A stretch of DNA of 63,614 bases, filler included, from Octopus bimaculoides (lineage: Eukaryota): assembly GCF_001194135.2 (NCBI RefSeq). It is 4 parts of 3 records of this genome, joined end to end, with 100 filler letters (N's around TTAATTAATTAA, not from the genome) between each part and the next. Parts side by side here need not be neighbours in the genome. Positions count along the whole stretch, not along the records: positions 27,943 to 47,338 come from NC_068983.1; positions 47,439 to 62,372 come from NC_068983.1; 2 more parts are not named here. One strand, 5' to 3'. The notes below the pieces were generated by a model, which was given only the letters and a program-made list of their open reading frames with translations, was not told where the DNA came from and did not search any database. This document shows positions 39,170 through 51,859 of the stretch, one piece after another (position 1 is the first letter of the stretch; every line of letters begins with the position of its first letter). The position numbers were made by a program, and so were the translations under genes.

Positions 39170-40250
39170 CACATTTTGAACCTGAGAAAAGTCTTGCATA
39201 TTTATACTCTTCCACTTACAGATTGTATTTGTAATGTGCAAGTTAACTGGTTGATTTCTTTTTCTGAAAATCCTAGCTTATCCAGATTGTTATTTAGGCA
39301 AATAGCAAAACCAAGTGCATCAATCATTATTGATATAAATGTGAATTTAAAATATGGATATAGAAGCCGGTTGTCCATAGTCAACTTCTTTCTTTAGTAG
39401 GACAGCTGACCTCTATCTATGATGGTACATACTTTTTCTTGTCTGTCCCAAACAACAATATCCAGCCTATTATGTTTACATTTGACATGTTTTGATGGGA
39501 ATGTTCCACCAGTATTCATTGTGCTAGTATTTGTGCACATATTCAATAACAGGGGGATTCTCTATATTTATTCTACAACAGTCTTTTTTTCTGAATGGCC
39601 TTCTATATAATTTTTGTGACAACATGTTGCATAGGGAGGAAGTAGCTTGATGATATTTTTGGGTAGCTGCTAATCACCTGTGTAATGTCTTCCACAGAAA
39701 CATGACATAATCTACATTTTTGGTTGCATCATGGAATTCTGAAGGCTTCATTGTCTCTTTTGTTGATTAGGTATTTCATAGCAAACTCCAGTTCTTAGAT
39801 TGCAAATGCATAGCTTTTAAAGTGTGATGTGATGTAGCAGCCATGAATCCAAGAGAGGCTGCGTTTCATGCAAATATTACTATCTTCTTCAAGTCTTCAG
39901 GGAAAGATACCCATGCATGATGTTTTTTGTTTTTTTTAGTATGCTGAGCCTTTCATATCCAAGTCTTCTTTGAGGTATTTTGGGAATTGAATGGGAGGCC
40001 ATAAGGGAGAGAATGCTTTCTGAGGAGTTTGCTGCCAACACCAAGGATATTCTTCTCTTCACTTTTCAGTACTAAGTTTATGTATTTATTTTTACTGCTG
40101 TTGTTTAGGAAGTGCTGTCTGAGAGAGGTCATATGACATCTGAAGGCTGTCTACATTGATCTCAAGCCTCTAACTTTTTCATCTCTACTTAGGTAGAACC
40201 AGTCAGTATCACTATTTTTGTAGAGATTTCCAGTTCATGTCAGTATTTTG
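39170..40250 (-). mobile_element. Decayed R4/Dong-like non-LTR retrotransposon (Zn-knuckle plus restriction-like endonuclease region)
   Basis: Frameshifted motifs KCRLCHVSVEDITQVISS, KHNRLDIVVWDRQEKVCTII-EVSCP and LYPYFKFTFISIMIDALG...LQIQSVSG-V-ICKTFL. Confidence 0.7.
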
Positions 40251-40764
40251 CAGGTTTTAACGTCTATGGAGTGGATTTATTCTACAGACCAGTCAAGTAC
40301 ACCAAATGTTGGAATCAATACCAGTACTGCAAATGCATTGTAGGATGTTGCCTTATTGAAAGACTCACAATCATAATATCGTGGTTTCCATTCCTGGACT
40401 GGGTGGTGCATTGTGTTCTTGTGCAAAACACTTCATTTCAAATTGCTTCAGTCCATGCAGGTGATAAAAATGAGTAATTTTATGACGGACCAGTGTCCTA
40501 TCCAGAAAGGAATATATATGTCAGAGAAACTGGAAAACCAGCCCTATTCTCCTTACTGAGTAATGTGGACTAACCAACCACTATAAACACAAAGACTCTT
40601 TCTACTATCAACCCTTAGCTGTTTTACAAGAGATTTTTTAAATTCCAATTGTCTTACAAGACACAGAACTATGGTGTGTATTGTTTATAGGAGATCTAAA
40701 AAGGAAATTACCTTTTTAGCTCAAACAGTGTTAAGAGAAAATGCACACAATGCAAACGTTGATG

Positions 40765-41083
40765 AACACATACATACACACATTCATACACATACATGCA
40801 TGCATACATACATCCATGAATACATACACACATGCATGCATGCATGCATGCATATGTGCATGCATACAGACACACATGCATACATACATATGTGTATGAA
40901 TGCATGCATACATACACAATGCAAACATTCATGCACACATACATACACACATGCATATACATACATACATACATACCATACATATATACGTATGTACACG
41001 CATACATACATACATACATACATGCATACGTACATACATACATACATACATATGTACGTATGTTCATGCATACATACATACAT
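40765..41083. repeat. Degenerate (CATA)/(CATG) simple repeat
   Basis: Seen directly; source of the HTYI/MYVC ORFs. Confidence 0.9.
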
Positions 41084-41084
41084 T

Positions 41085-41600
41085 GCGGTCCATGGGAAGA
41101 GCCGTTTTAACGATGCGTCCTGTCCAGCTCTTCGAAACGCCGGTGTTAAAACGGGGGTAGCTGATGAAGTAGAATGTTCTCTATGTGGCTTGTGTGTTTT
41201 CTCATCTACATTTCGTTTGCAATGTCCTGTACCCAGATATACACCTATACATACAGGTGGATGTCGGTATGCACATACCTGTACGTATATATGCATATAC
41301 TCATTTACTATTTGTTTTTACATGACTGAACGCAGCGTCTCCAATTGTAAGTAGTTTTCGTAACTTCATATTTTCCGACGCTACTCTATCTCTTTCTCTT
41401 TCCCTTCCTCATCATTTTTTCCCCCTCTCGTTCTTCCTCTGTTACTACTATGTATCTCTTTTTTCCCCCCTCGTACTTCCTCTCTTTCTCTTTTCCTCTC
41501 GTTGCTCACCTATTCTTCTACTTCCTCCCTTTGTTTCTCCCTCCACCACTCTCTCTCTTCTCCTTACACCGGCATGGTCACATGCTTCCGGTCAATAATC
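41085..41600 (+). repeat. Interspersed repeat shared with 62970-63600
   Basis: Collinear blocks CTTCGAAACGC..CTGA(T/A)GAAG, TGTACCCA.ATAT, GATGTCGGTATG.ACATA and GAACGC...CCAA.TAAG. Confidence 0.55.
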
Positions 41601-41720
41601 NNNNNNNNNNTACGTTTCGTTTGCAATGTCCTGTACCCAGATATGCACCTATACATACAGGTGGATGTCGATATGCACATACCTGTACGTATATATGCAT
41701 ATACTCTTTTACTATTTGTT

Positions 41721-41752
<32 letters not shown>

Positions 41753-42849
41753 CATACATACATTCATACATACATACATACATACATACATACATACATA
41801 CATACATACACATATATAATGGGATTCCACGCAATTTCTATCTACCACTTTCCACTCAGAAGGCATTGATCAGCCTAAAACTATATTAAAGGACACTTGC
41901 CCAAGGTACCATACAGTGAAATACCCCATACCCCAAACCTCTTGGTTATGAAGCAAACTTTTTAACTGTATAGGTATGCATATACACCAATATAAGTGAA
42001 ACAGCTCCTAACTAGAAATAAAACCAAAATTGTCAAGAATTGAAGCCAGCTAGGATATGGATGTGTGTGGCCAATTCTCTAGATAAGATTTAACAGGGTA
42101 TCGTACCTACTCATCCTTCTCAACAGTTCGCATCATCTTTTTATTTCTTGATATGTTTGCTTAAATTTCTTTAATGTATAATTAGCATGAAAATAAAATT
42201 ACATAAATGACACACCATAAAAACATAAGCATCAGGCACACAAAATAACATTATCTTCTTGTTTATTTGTCATGTGATATGTTTTCTGCTTTTTCCATTC
42301 AGTCATGTGATGCAATGTCATGATACAGTGTCTCATGTTTAGTATATCTATCTTTCTTGATTCTATCTTTCTTGATTCTATCTTTCTCTGTCCCTGTTCT
42401 CCTCTCTCCCACTCTCTCTATCTTTCTCCCTCTCTCTCTCTCTCTCTCCCAGTTGCTTCTTCCAATTGTGGCGGCTGTCTCATCTCTCCCCCATATTAGC
42501 ATATGTTCCATAATCACCCTCTCTTTAAATAAGTTTTTCGCTCCATCTCATTCTATAGCGACTCCCTTTTTATTTTTATTTTCTCTCACACCTTCTTCAT
42601 TTCCTAGTTTCTGAACTCACATACTCGTATACATACTCATGTACATACATTCATACACACACATACATGATTACAAACACACACACACACACACACACAT
42701 ACACACACTTCCTTTTGCATCCAGTTCCCTTAGTGCAATATGTGAGCACTTTATAAAAGAGAGGAAGAACAAAAGAATTAGAGAAAGCAAAAAAAGATCT
42801 TGAGAGTCACAAAGACACTAGTAGAGAAAGACAATCAGATATGTAAGTT

Positions 42850-42893
<44 letters not shown>

Positions 42894-43148
42894 CAGATAG
42901 GTAGATAGACAGACAGATAGACAGGCAGACAGATTGATAGATAAATAGATAGAAAGAGAGAAAGAGAGAGAAAGAGACAGAGAAAGAAAGATATATATAT
43001 ATATATATATATATTCCGTTTATATATTTGTTTTGCAAGATTTTTGATGTGAAATCGTGTGTTGAAACAGATGTTGTTGTACTTGGGGATGGTCATATTG
43101 CCAGTTTAGCCAATAAAAACACATGCACTGTATATTTGGTGTTAATTT

Positions 43149-43314
43149 GCTTCAGCTTTATATTACATTACATTACATTAATCCTATTTCAGCCAGAGTT
43201 CTTTCGTCACACTAAGAAGAAAGCAAAGGACCACTGATGAGGTCACAGAAGTGTGACGAAAGAACTCTGGCCGAAATAGGATTAATGTAATGTAATGTAA
43301 TATAAAGCTGAAGC
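43149..43314. repeat. 64-bp near-perfect inverted repeat (43149-43212 and 43251-43314)
   Basis: One mismatch; 38-nt loop; ends at a 10-N gap. Confidence 0.9.
43228..43272 (+). ncRNA. Candidate minimal type I hammerhead ribozyme (PLE-like)
   Basis: CCA-CTGATGA-G-GTCACA/GAAG/TGTGAC-GAAA-G-AA-CTC-TGG: intact core, 6-bp stem II, stem I CCA/TGG, and a very short stem III. Confidence 0.5.
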
Positions 43315-43324
43315 NNNNNNNNNN

Positions 43325-43377
<53 letters not shown>

Positions 43378-43865
43378 CAGAGAAAGAAAGAGAGAGAGAG
43401 AATTAGATAGATTCATTGAAAGAAGCAGAAAGGTTGTCATGGGGGTTTCCAATTCCTTACAGTCTGTAAAAACAAGAAAATTCCCATGTATGTCTTTGAC
43501 TAAAGCTAGAATCAATGGAAGATAAAGTCCAAGAAAGCTAATCATGGTGAGCACCAGCAAATGTCAGTAATTAAAATGGGTATCAATGGCTTTGTAATTA
43601 ATATGGCTTGCTGCATAAGAACTCTGTCACCGATTATTTTTTGTTGTAATTCTTGTTTAGAATTCGATACATAGCCAGGATTAAAACACTCAATGGATGG
43701 CGTAACTGTTTAGCATTTAAACCAGCCATATCAAATCAAAGTATCTTATCTGTTTTATGTTGAAACCGACTAGGTCTGGTCTCTCACACATATCCTACCA
43801 TGTCATTCTAAAAAGAAAGAACCACATCATAGAAACCTGGAAGCTAGATTTCTATCATGGAAATC

Positions 43866-44100
43866 GGCGGCGAGCTGGCAGAAACGTTAGCACGCCGGGT
43901 GAAATGCTTAGCGGTATTTCGTCTGCCGTTACGTTCTGAGTTCAAATTCCGCCGAGGTCGACTTTGCCTTTCATCTTTTCGGGGTCAACAAAATAAGTAC
44001 CAGTTACGCACTGGGGTCGATGTAATCAACTTAATCCGTTTGTCTGTCCTTGTTTGTCCCCTCTATGTTTAGCCTCTTGTGGGCAATACAGAAATAAGAA
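43866..44100 (+). mobile_element. SINE family A, young full-length copy
   Basis: CpGs retained; short TSD-like GAAATC on both flanks. Confidence 0.9.
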
Positions 44101-44591
44101 ATCTGGAAGCTACAATGTCATTGAAAACAATGTGAATTAATAAGCATTACATTTGACAGAAGAATTTGAATGCTAAAGGATTAATACGAAAGAGTGGCAG
44201 CCATTTTTTTTTCTTGCTTTTTTTTTACAGGAGCCTCCAGGACTGGTGAGATGAGGGGAAGAAGCCAAGAACTTTCACTCCTTAGGCTGCTGAAATTTCA
44301 AGCAGTGCCTAAGGATACTGAGTGTTCCTCAGACCTGATCCGAACACTTGTAATGTAGTGAAGTGTAATTGAGTGCTAAGGACACTCAAGGAGTGTACAT
44401 GTATGTGTGTGTATGTGTGTGTGCATGTGAGTGCATATGCCTAAGTGCATGCACGTGTGTGTGTTTTGGATAAGTTCAAGTGTAATCAAATAAGATAATC
44501 TTCAAGGAGAAAGTGGGGTTGCTAGACAGAAATATTTATATATCTATATATGTCTATATATATATATATATATATATGCCTATATATATAT

Positions 44592-45858
44592 CATCATCAT
44601 CATCATCGTTAAACGTCTGCTTTCCATGCTAGCATGGGTTGGACGATTTGACTGAGTACTGGCAAGCCAGAATGCTACACCAGGCTCCAATCTGATCTGG
44701 CAGAGTTTCTACAGCTGGATGCCCTTCCTAACACCAACCACTCTGAGAGTGTAGTGGGTGCTTTTACGTGCCACCGGTATGAGGGCCAGTCACACGGTAC
44801 TGGCAACGGCTACATTCAAAAAGGTGTTTTTTACGTGCCACCTGCATGGGAGCCAATCCAGTGGCACTGACAACGAACTTGCTCGAATTTCAAATTCCAA
44901 ATTCACTTGCCTCAACAGGTCTTCGCAAGCAGGGTTTTTAGTGTCCAATGAAGTAAAGATACGGATTAGTGAGCTGGCTACACTTCTGGCAGAGGTCACA
45001 GATTATGCTCTCACTTGCCTTGTTGGGTCTTCTCACATACTGCATATTTCTAAAGGTCCCGGTCACTGCTCATTGCCTCAGTGAGGCCTAAAGTTCGAAG
45101 GTCGTGCTTCACCACCTCATCTCAGGTCTTCCTGAGTCTACCTCTTCCACAGGTTCCCTCAACTGCTATCTTCATCCATTCTTGCCACATGTCCATACCA
45201 GCGCAATCATCTCTCTTGCATACCACATCTGATGCTTTTTAGGTCTAACTTTTCTCTCAAGGTACTTACACTCTGTCGAGTATGCACACTTACATTACAC
45301 ATTCATCAGAGCATACTGGCTTCGTTTCTTGCAAGCTTACGCATGTCCTCAGCAGTCACGGCCCATGTTTCACTGCCATGTAGCATGGCTGTTCATACAC
45401 ATGCGTCATACAGTCTGCCTTTTACTCTGAGTGAGAGGCCTTTTGTCACCAGCAGAGATAAGAGCTCTCTAAACTTTGCCCAGGCTATTCTTATTCTAGC
45501 AGCTACACTTTCAGTGCACCCTCCCCCGCTACAAACTCGGTCACCTAAGTAGCGGAAGCTATCAACTACTTCTAATTTTTCACCCTGGAGTGTGGTAAAG
45601 GTTTTCTGCACATTCTCAGTGTTTATTGCTCCTGAGCATTTGCTACACACAAAAACTATCTTGCTAGTTAGCCGTCCTTTGATATTGCTGCACCTCTTAT
45701 GTGTCCCTAGCTTACACTGGGTACATCTTATGGAGTCTCTACCTCCACCTTTTCTACAGATCGAGCAGGGCTATCTACTTGAAGGGATTTGTGTTTTATC
45801 TACCTTCCTACTTATTAGGACTTTGGTTTTAGCTAGGTTGACTCTAAAGCTAGGATCC
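44592..45858 (-). mobile_element. RTE LINE 3' ~1.3 kb (RT end, Cys-rich insert, C-terminus, 3'UTR, (GAT)n tail), disabled
   Basis: VNLAKTKVL, PCSICRKG, LEVVDSFRYLGD and RIAWAKFRELL...KGRLYDACV motifs, with stops and frameshifts. Confidence 0.92.
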
Positions 45859-45859
45859 C

Positions 45860-47094
45860 AACCTGTTATGTCCACACTTCTTCATCTGGCCAAACTTGTT
45901 CTCTCCCTCGACTGTTTCTCATTCGCAGGGGAGTTTTACCAATAGATCCCGAGAGTGGCCATGGGAACAAAAATGGACCCCAACTATGTGAACCTGTTCG
46001 TTGGCTATATTGAGGCCCAAATAATTTCAAGATTCACTGGTCCCACTCCCAAACTATATGGTTGTTACATTGATGACTGTACCGGTGCGACCTCACACTC
46101 CAGTGAACAACTAGACTCCTTCCTCTCTTTTGTCCAATCCTTCCATCCTGCCCTCGAATTCTCCTGCACTATTTCCAACACTTCTGTTGCCTTTCTTGAC
46201 ATTTCAGTCAACATACACAACTCTGCTCTCACCACCTCCATCCACTACAAACACACCGACTCACACTCATACCTCAACTTTTCCTCCTCCCAGCCTACCC
46301 ACATCAAGCTTTCCATCCTCTACTCCCAATTCCTCCATCTGTGCAGGCTTTGCAGTGACAACCATGACTTTGAGACTCAGTCTCAACTCATGGCTCGCCA
46401 CTTCATCCTTCATGGATATCCCCTTACTACTATCCACACAGTCCTTGCCAGAGCATGTTCTTTGGACTGTGCCTTTGCTCTCTTTCCCCACACCCACCCT
46501 GCCATTGCCTGTCTCCAGTTTCCCCTCACCAACCACCCCTCCACTTTGCCTCTCCAATGCACCATTCTCCAAGCCTTCCAGCGACTCCAGTCTGACCCCT
46601 CCACTATGCACATCTTCCCCAACCTACTCCTTCCTTCCTTCCTTCACAGTTTCTTCCCTAACCCCACTTCCCAACCTGACTCATTCCCCTGCTCCCGCCC
46701 ACACTGCCATACTTTCCCCTACCTCCCCAACACCATCATCCCCACAGGCACCCATCATCATCCCTATGATACGACTGACTCCTTTACCTGCACTTCTAGC
46801 AGCGTCATTTACTGCATCTCCTGCTCTTTCTGCCCTTCTATGTACATTGGTAAAACAGGACACCCCTTGGCTGACCGGTTTGCAGAGCACCCCTGAGACA
46901 TTAGACTCAGCAATGACACCCCAGTCTTGTGCTATTTCCACTCTGCCAGTCATTTATTACAAGACTTGTCTGTGTTCAGATTGTCTTTGCACAGGAGCCA
47001 TCCAGACTCCTGCCTTCACCGTGAAAAAGAATTAATCTTCTCTCTTCGTTCTGTTGCGCCACATGGACTCAACTCCCCTCCTCTCTTCATCTGA
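45860..47094 (+). mobile_element. Penelope-like element (Neptune-type): RT plus GIY-YIG endonuclease, 5'-truncated and disabled
   Basis: AMGTKM, YIDD, FLDI and SYLNFSS RT motifs; PCSRPHCHT linker; VIYCISCSFC..YIGKTG..LADRFAEH endonuclease; stop codons present. Confidence 0.92.
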
Positions 47095-47438
47095 CTCCCC
47101 ATCTCCTCTCTTCATCTGACACCTACTTCTCTTCACTCTTCCCCACCTCTCCTCACCTCTCCTGCCCTGATACCTACTTCCTTTCTTCACTTCTACCCAC
47201 TTTCTCTCTTCATTGATACTCCCTCCATCCACACCCAGCACCCACACATCCCACTCCCATATACCCCCTACCCTCCACTTCCAGTCCCACATCCTCACCC
47301 CACCCCCATATCCTCACCTCAAACACATACCCCATCCCNNNNNNNNNNNNNNNNNNNNNNNNNNNNNNNNNNNNNNNNNNNNTTAATTAATTAANNNNNN
47401 NNNNNNNNNNNNNNNNNNNNNNNNNNNNNNNNNNNNNN

Positions 47439-47483
<45 letters not shown>

Positions 47484-49210
47484 ATGTAAATATACATGTA
47501 CACCGTTCACATTTCATTTATGCTTCTATTCCTCAAAATTTATGTATAGAAAATGGTTCGTCTCTATAGAATTTGCAGTTGAAACACCCACACCCACCCA
47601 CACACCTACACATCCACACATTTACAAACACACACGGTTAGAAAGATATGTATACATGCATGTAATGTTTCTCACGTGAACATTTAAGACGCAACTTATA
47701 TACAGAAAGATAATTATAACTTATTCTAAGAAATAAGAAAATGAAACAAAGCAAAAGAAAGATAACAAAAGAAAAAAAACATTGTTATGAGATAACCATT
47801 ATCGATAATAAATGACTGTAAACTGCTTCGCTTTTCCTTCTTGGTGATTATTTGTTGTTTGTCTCTCTATAATTTTTTTCTTTATTAGGCGTCATTTTGT
47901 TGGGCCTTGTATATTAGAACGTGCAAAATTAGAATTTAAATTTTTCAAAATTCCGATAAGATATTTTAGTATGGAGTAAGTATTCAATTTTTTTATGTAC
48001 GCAAACTGATAAAATATAGTAAAGAGAAAGAATGAAAGAATTGCATAAACCAGAAGTGCTGTTTTTGTATAGAATAAAAAAAAAAGGGAGAAAATGAAGA
48101 CAATTCCAACGATATTTGTACACAAAATGTTAGCCTCTGAGATAAGCGTCATAAATTAACAAAGAAAACCATTTAGTCTCTGTTCTTGTGACCTCTTCAT
48201 AGCTTACAATATAAAACTATGATTGACTGGTCATTGTCTTCCATACTTTTCTCTGAATATATATTTACAAGGAAGTAAGTCGATATATTGTGTGTCAAGT
48301 ATCGCATTATATTTCCAATGTTTAGAATAACTGAACAAGTTTCCGGAGTTCAATGTCAATATTTTAATTTTTGTGGTTTTTCTAAGTGCTCCCATTTGAT
48401 GTTCTGTAACCATACAAGTGGATAATGTTACCTCATTTCTAAATAGGTATAGCTATACAGCTTTCAATATATAACATTTAGAAAACATGCAGTATTTTCT
48501 CGCTTAAATGAAAATTCTTTTTGCTTTGTTTTTTTTCTTATTTGCTTCCTTGTATTATTCAGTATTTATCTTAATTGCTTCCTTAATGATGAATCATGGG
48601 GAAAATAGATACATCTACAATTATTTGTAAATGTGTTTCAAGATACAACGAAGGTAAAGAAAATGATAAAAACATAATCAATCTACATCTCTCGATTCAA
48701 CGACGGAGCCTGAAAAAGAGCCGTCTTAGCATCGTTATAGGCCCCCGGAAATGTGCTAGACTCTGACGTTGTAATATAACAGTCTTCATGTGGGCTCTTC
48801 ATCGCGTGAAGCCCCGCAAATAACTGCTAGATTTTACTGATATTTTATCGGACCTCACCCGCTGACGCGCCCGCATGTACCTGTTGTTTAAAAAAATTGA
48901 ACTACGTAATAATTATTAAGAGTAATCATATATGATGCAATAAGAATATGAACCTTGCAACTTAATGCTGATGTGGGGTGCAGAAACGTACGTCGTGATC
49001 TACCATTTAAGCCTGTTGACTTTTATACTCGTTATATTATTATTAGTAGTATTCTATTAATCCTAAACACAAATGAATTTTGTATACCCTGATGTATAAC
49101 AACATGTGGTAGCCAAACAAAAGCACAGCTCTCTCTTAAACGGGCGTTTTTCCTAAAATGCACTAAAAACAAAAATAGAAATATATATATATATATACTG
49201 ACAGAAAGAA

Positions 49211-49253
<43 letters not shown>

Positions 49254-50503
49254 TACTTTTACCAACTTATCTATCGCACACGCACAGGCATATGGACAAT
49301 CAAATGTCTACTTTTCACACACAGACACATATGTGTATACGTCCACCTGTCTACGATCATGTTTCGTTGACGTACTCACACGCCTTGGCACTTGGGCTCA
49401 CACAAGTCTGTAGGCAAACCCAAATCTATCTCTGGATGGTTGAAAGTTTTGGCCTACACCTTTCATTCCACCTTCCACCCATCCTCTTTGCTTCACTGCT
49501 ACTCATTCTTTAGCTTGCCACCACTATCATGTAGGATACTTCTTTGTTTATCTTCCCTTTTTACCTACTTTTCTCTTGCACAAAAACAAAATTTCCCTCC
49601 GCTATTGGATTTTGTTTTATATTACATTAACTGTGTCTTTTCTCTTCTTCATCACATATGATTCTACTCTTTCATGAATGCGACCAGTTTCGTCTCTTCC
49701 TGTGGATACTCTCCCCAATTCTCCAGCTGTCTCCATTGTTGCGTAATTTTTACTAATTTCTTTGATTTTGCTTCTCTTCATGGAATTCAATAATTTTTCT
49801 AACATCTTCAAACTTAAGTTTGCATCCTCACTCTTTGTTAAAAAAAGAAGAAAAAGTTTACCCACTCCTATATATATTTGTTGTACACTTGTAAATACAC
49901 CAATAACACCTTCCACCTTCTTTTTGCTATTCCATGTGCTTCATGAAAACCTCTATTCCCTCTATTCATGAAGACCTCTATTGCACACGTTCTCACCTCC
50001 ACATTTAAACGCTTTCAGAATCATTACATACACATACAAATACACACATACAAGCACCCAACCACCATTAACCACCTCCACTATATTTCTCCATTTGCAC
50101 AACTCTATACGCATATATAAAATACACTAACACACAGGCGAGTACTACTCTTCCTATGCTCACTTCCATAGATACGTTATAATACTTGCATCTTCACATC
50201 CCCTCTTCCGTCTCGTTTAACTCTATGCATAGGACAACATTCCCATCAAGTCTCTAGCCTTTCACTTGTTCCTTTTTCTCTGACTGTTTATCTTTCTCAT
50301 TATCCTTGTGCCTCAGGTTTTATTAATGAAGGCTTAACGATAAGGCGTTGAGACTGAGGAATTTTGGTCGATAACTAATAAAGCGCTAGTGTGTACTCAT
50401 GCATTTTACATTTTTCTTACTTTCAGTACGTTTCTTCATCCTCGTCTGTAACACTATACTTATTCATCCAGCGACGCTCACACGGACACATACATACGCA
50501 CAC

Positions 50504-50504
<1 letters not shown>

Positions 50505-50565
<61 letters not shown>

Positions 50566-50602
50566 ATATCTATCTATCTATCTGTATGTATGTATGTATC
50601 TA

Positions 50603-50636
<34 letters not shown>

Positions 50637-50667
50637 AATCTATCAATCCACACATATATATGCATGT

Positions 50668-50745
<78 letters not shown>
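50505..50745. repeat. (TCTA)n/(TCTG)n/(CA)n compound microsatellite
   Basis: Seen directly. Confidence 0.95.
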
Positions 50746-50748
<3 letters not shown>

Positions 50749-51859
50749 ATGCATAAAAGAACGATTGGTTTACATCTGATAGCTTACTGGTAAAGCACGG
50801 TCAGTTTCAGAGTGATCGTTAGGTAAATAAGCAATGAAAGACAGAAGATGGAATATACGGGAATATATTATTAATCACAACAATCTTGGGATTTTCTATA
50901 TATATATGAAGAATTTTCCTCCCTCTGGCTGTTTTTTGCTCAACAAAACAGAAAGTTGCATTATCGAACAGTCATTTCAACGAGTCTTTTTATGTATTTA
51001 TCACCCGACGAAATACGTCTGCACCACCGGATATTCCTGAACCAGTTTTTGTGTGTCCCACAAGAGGAGTCGATGCTAGATGTGTCGAAACAATTGTTGT
51101 GATTAATAATATATTCTGTTATATCATATCTTCTGTCTTTCATCTATATATATATATATATAGACGGTTTAGATATAGATTCAAGGTTGAATATGGTACT
51201 TATGCGTAGGCACCTGAATATCGTATCCCAAAAGGATAGGTGATCAAAATAAAAAAATAAGCAACACGGATTTCAATGGTGATTGCAGTACGCACGTTTC
51301 ATGCTACTTCAGTTTATTTAAGTAATGCGAGCATTACCTTAAATGCAATATGAAGAGCAATCTTCAGCTGCACGAAAATGCAGAAAATTACTGTAGAAAA
51401 GACATATTATAAATGTAGCAACATTTCAAATCCAAGTGGGAGAGAGAATACATAAAAATCCAAATGTGAGGAAGAATACATAAATNNNNNNNNNNNNNNN
51501 NNNNNNNNNNNNNNNNNNNNNNNNNNNNNNNNNNNNNNNNNNNNNNNNNNNNNNNNNNNNNNNNNNNNNNNNNNNNNNNNNNNNNNNNNNNNNNNNNNNN
51601 NNNNNNNNNNNNNNNNNNNNNNNNNNNNNNNNNNNNNNNNNNNNNNNNNNNNNNNNNNNNNNNNNNNNNNNNNNNNNNNNNNNNNNNNNNNNNNNNNNNN
51701 NNNNNNNNNNNNNNNNNNNNNNNNNNNNNNNNNNNNNNNNNNNNNNNNNNNNNNNNNNNNNNNNNNNNNNNNNNNNNNNNNNNNNNNNNNNNNNNNNNNN
51801 NNNNNNNNNNNNNNNNNNNNNNNNNNNNNNNNNNNNNNNNNNNNNNNNNNTATAAGGGA

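Noticed and set aside
39220-39264. Apparent exon with tttcag acceptor and gtaagt donor
   Set aside because: It lies within the continuous C-terminal frame of the R4-like retrotransposon remnant.
41090-41170. GAAAC followed by CTGATGA (permuted hammerhead or pseudoknot), with a related layout at 62970-63050
   Set aside because: Stem I and stem II cannot be formed consistently, and pairings are not shared between the two copies.
40671-41889. Long His/Thr/Tyr/Ile or Met/Tyr/Val/Cys ORFs (also at 29131, 29933, 50391, 53904 and others)
   Set aside because: Translations of (CATA)n, (TA)n and (CA)n microsatellites.
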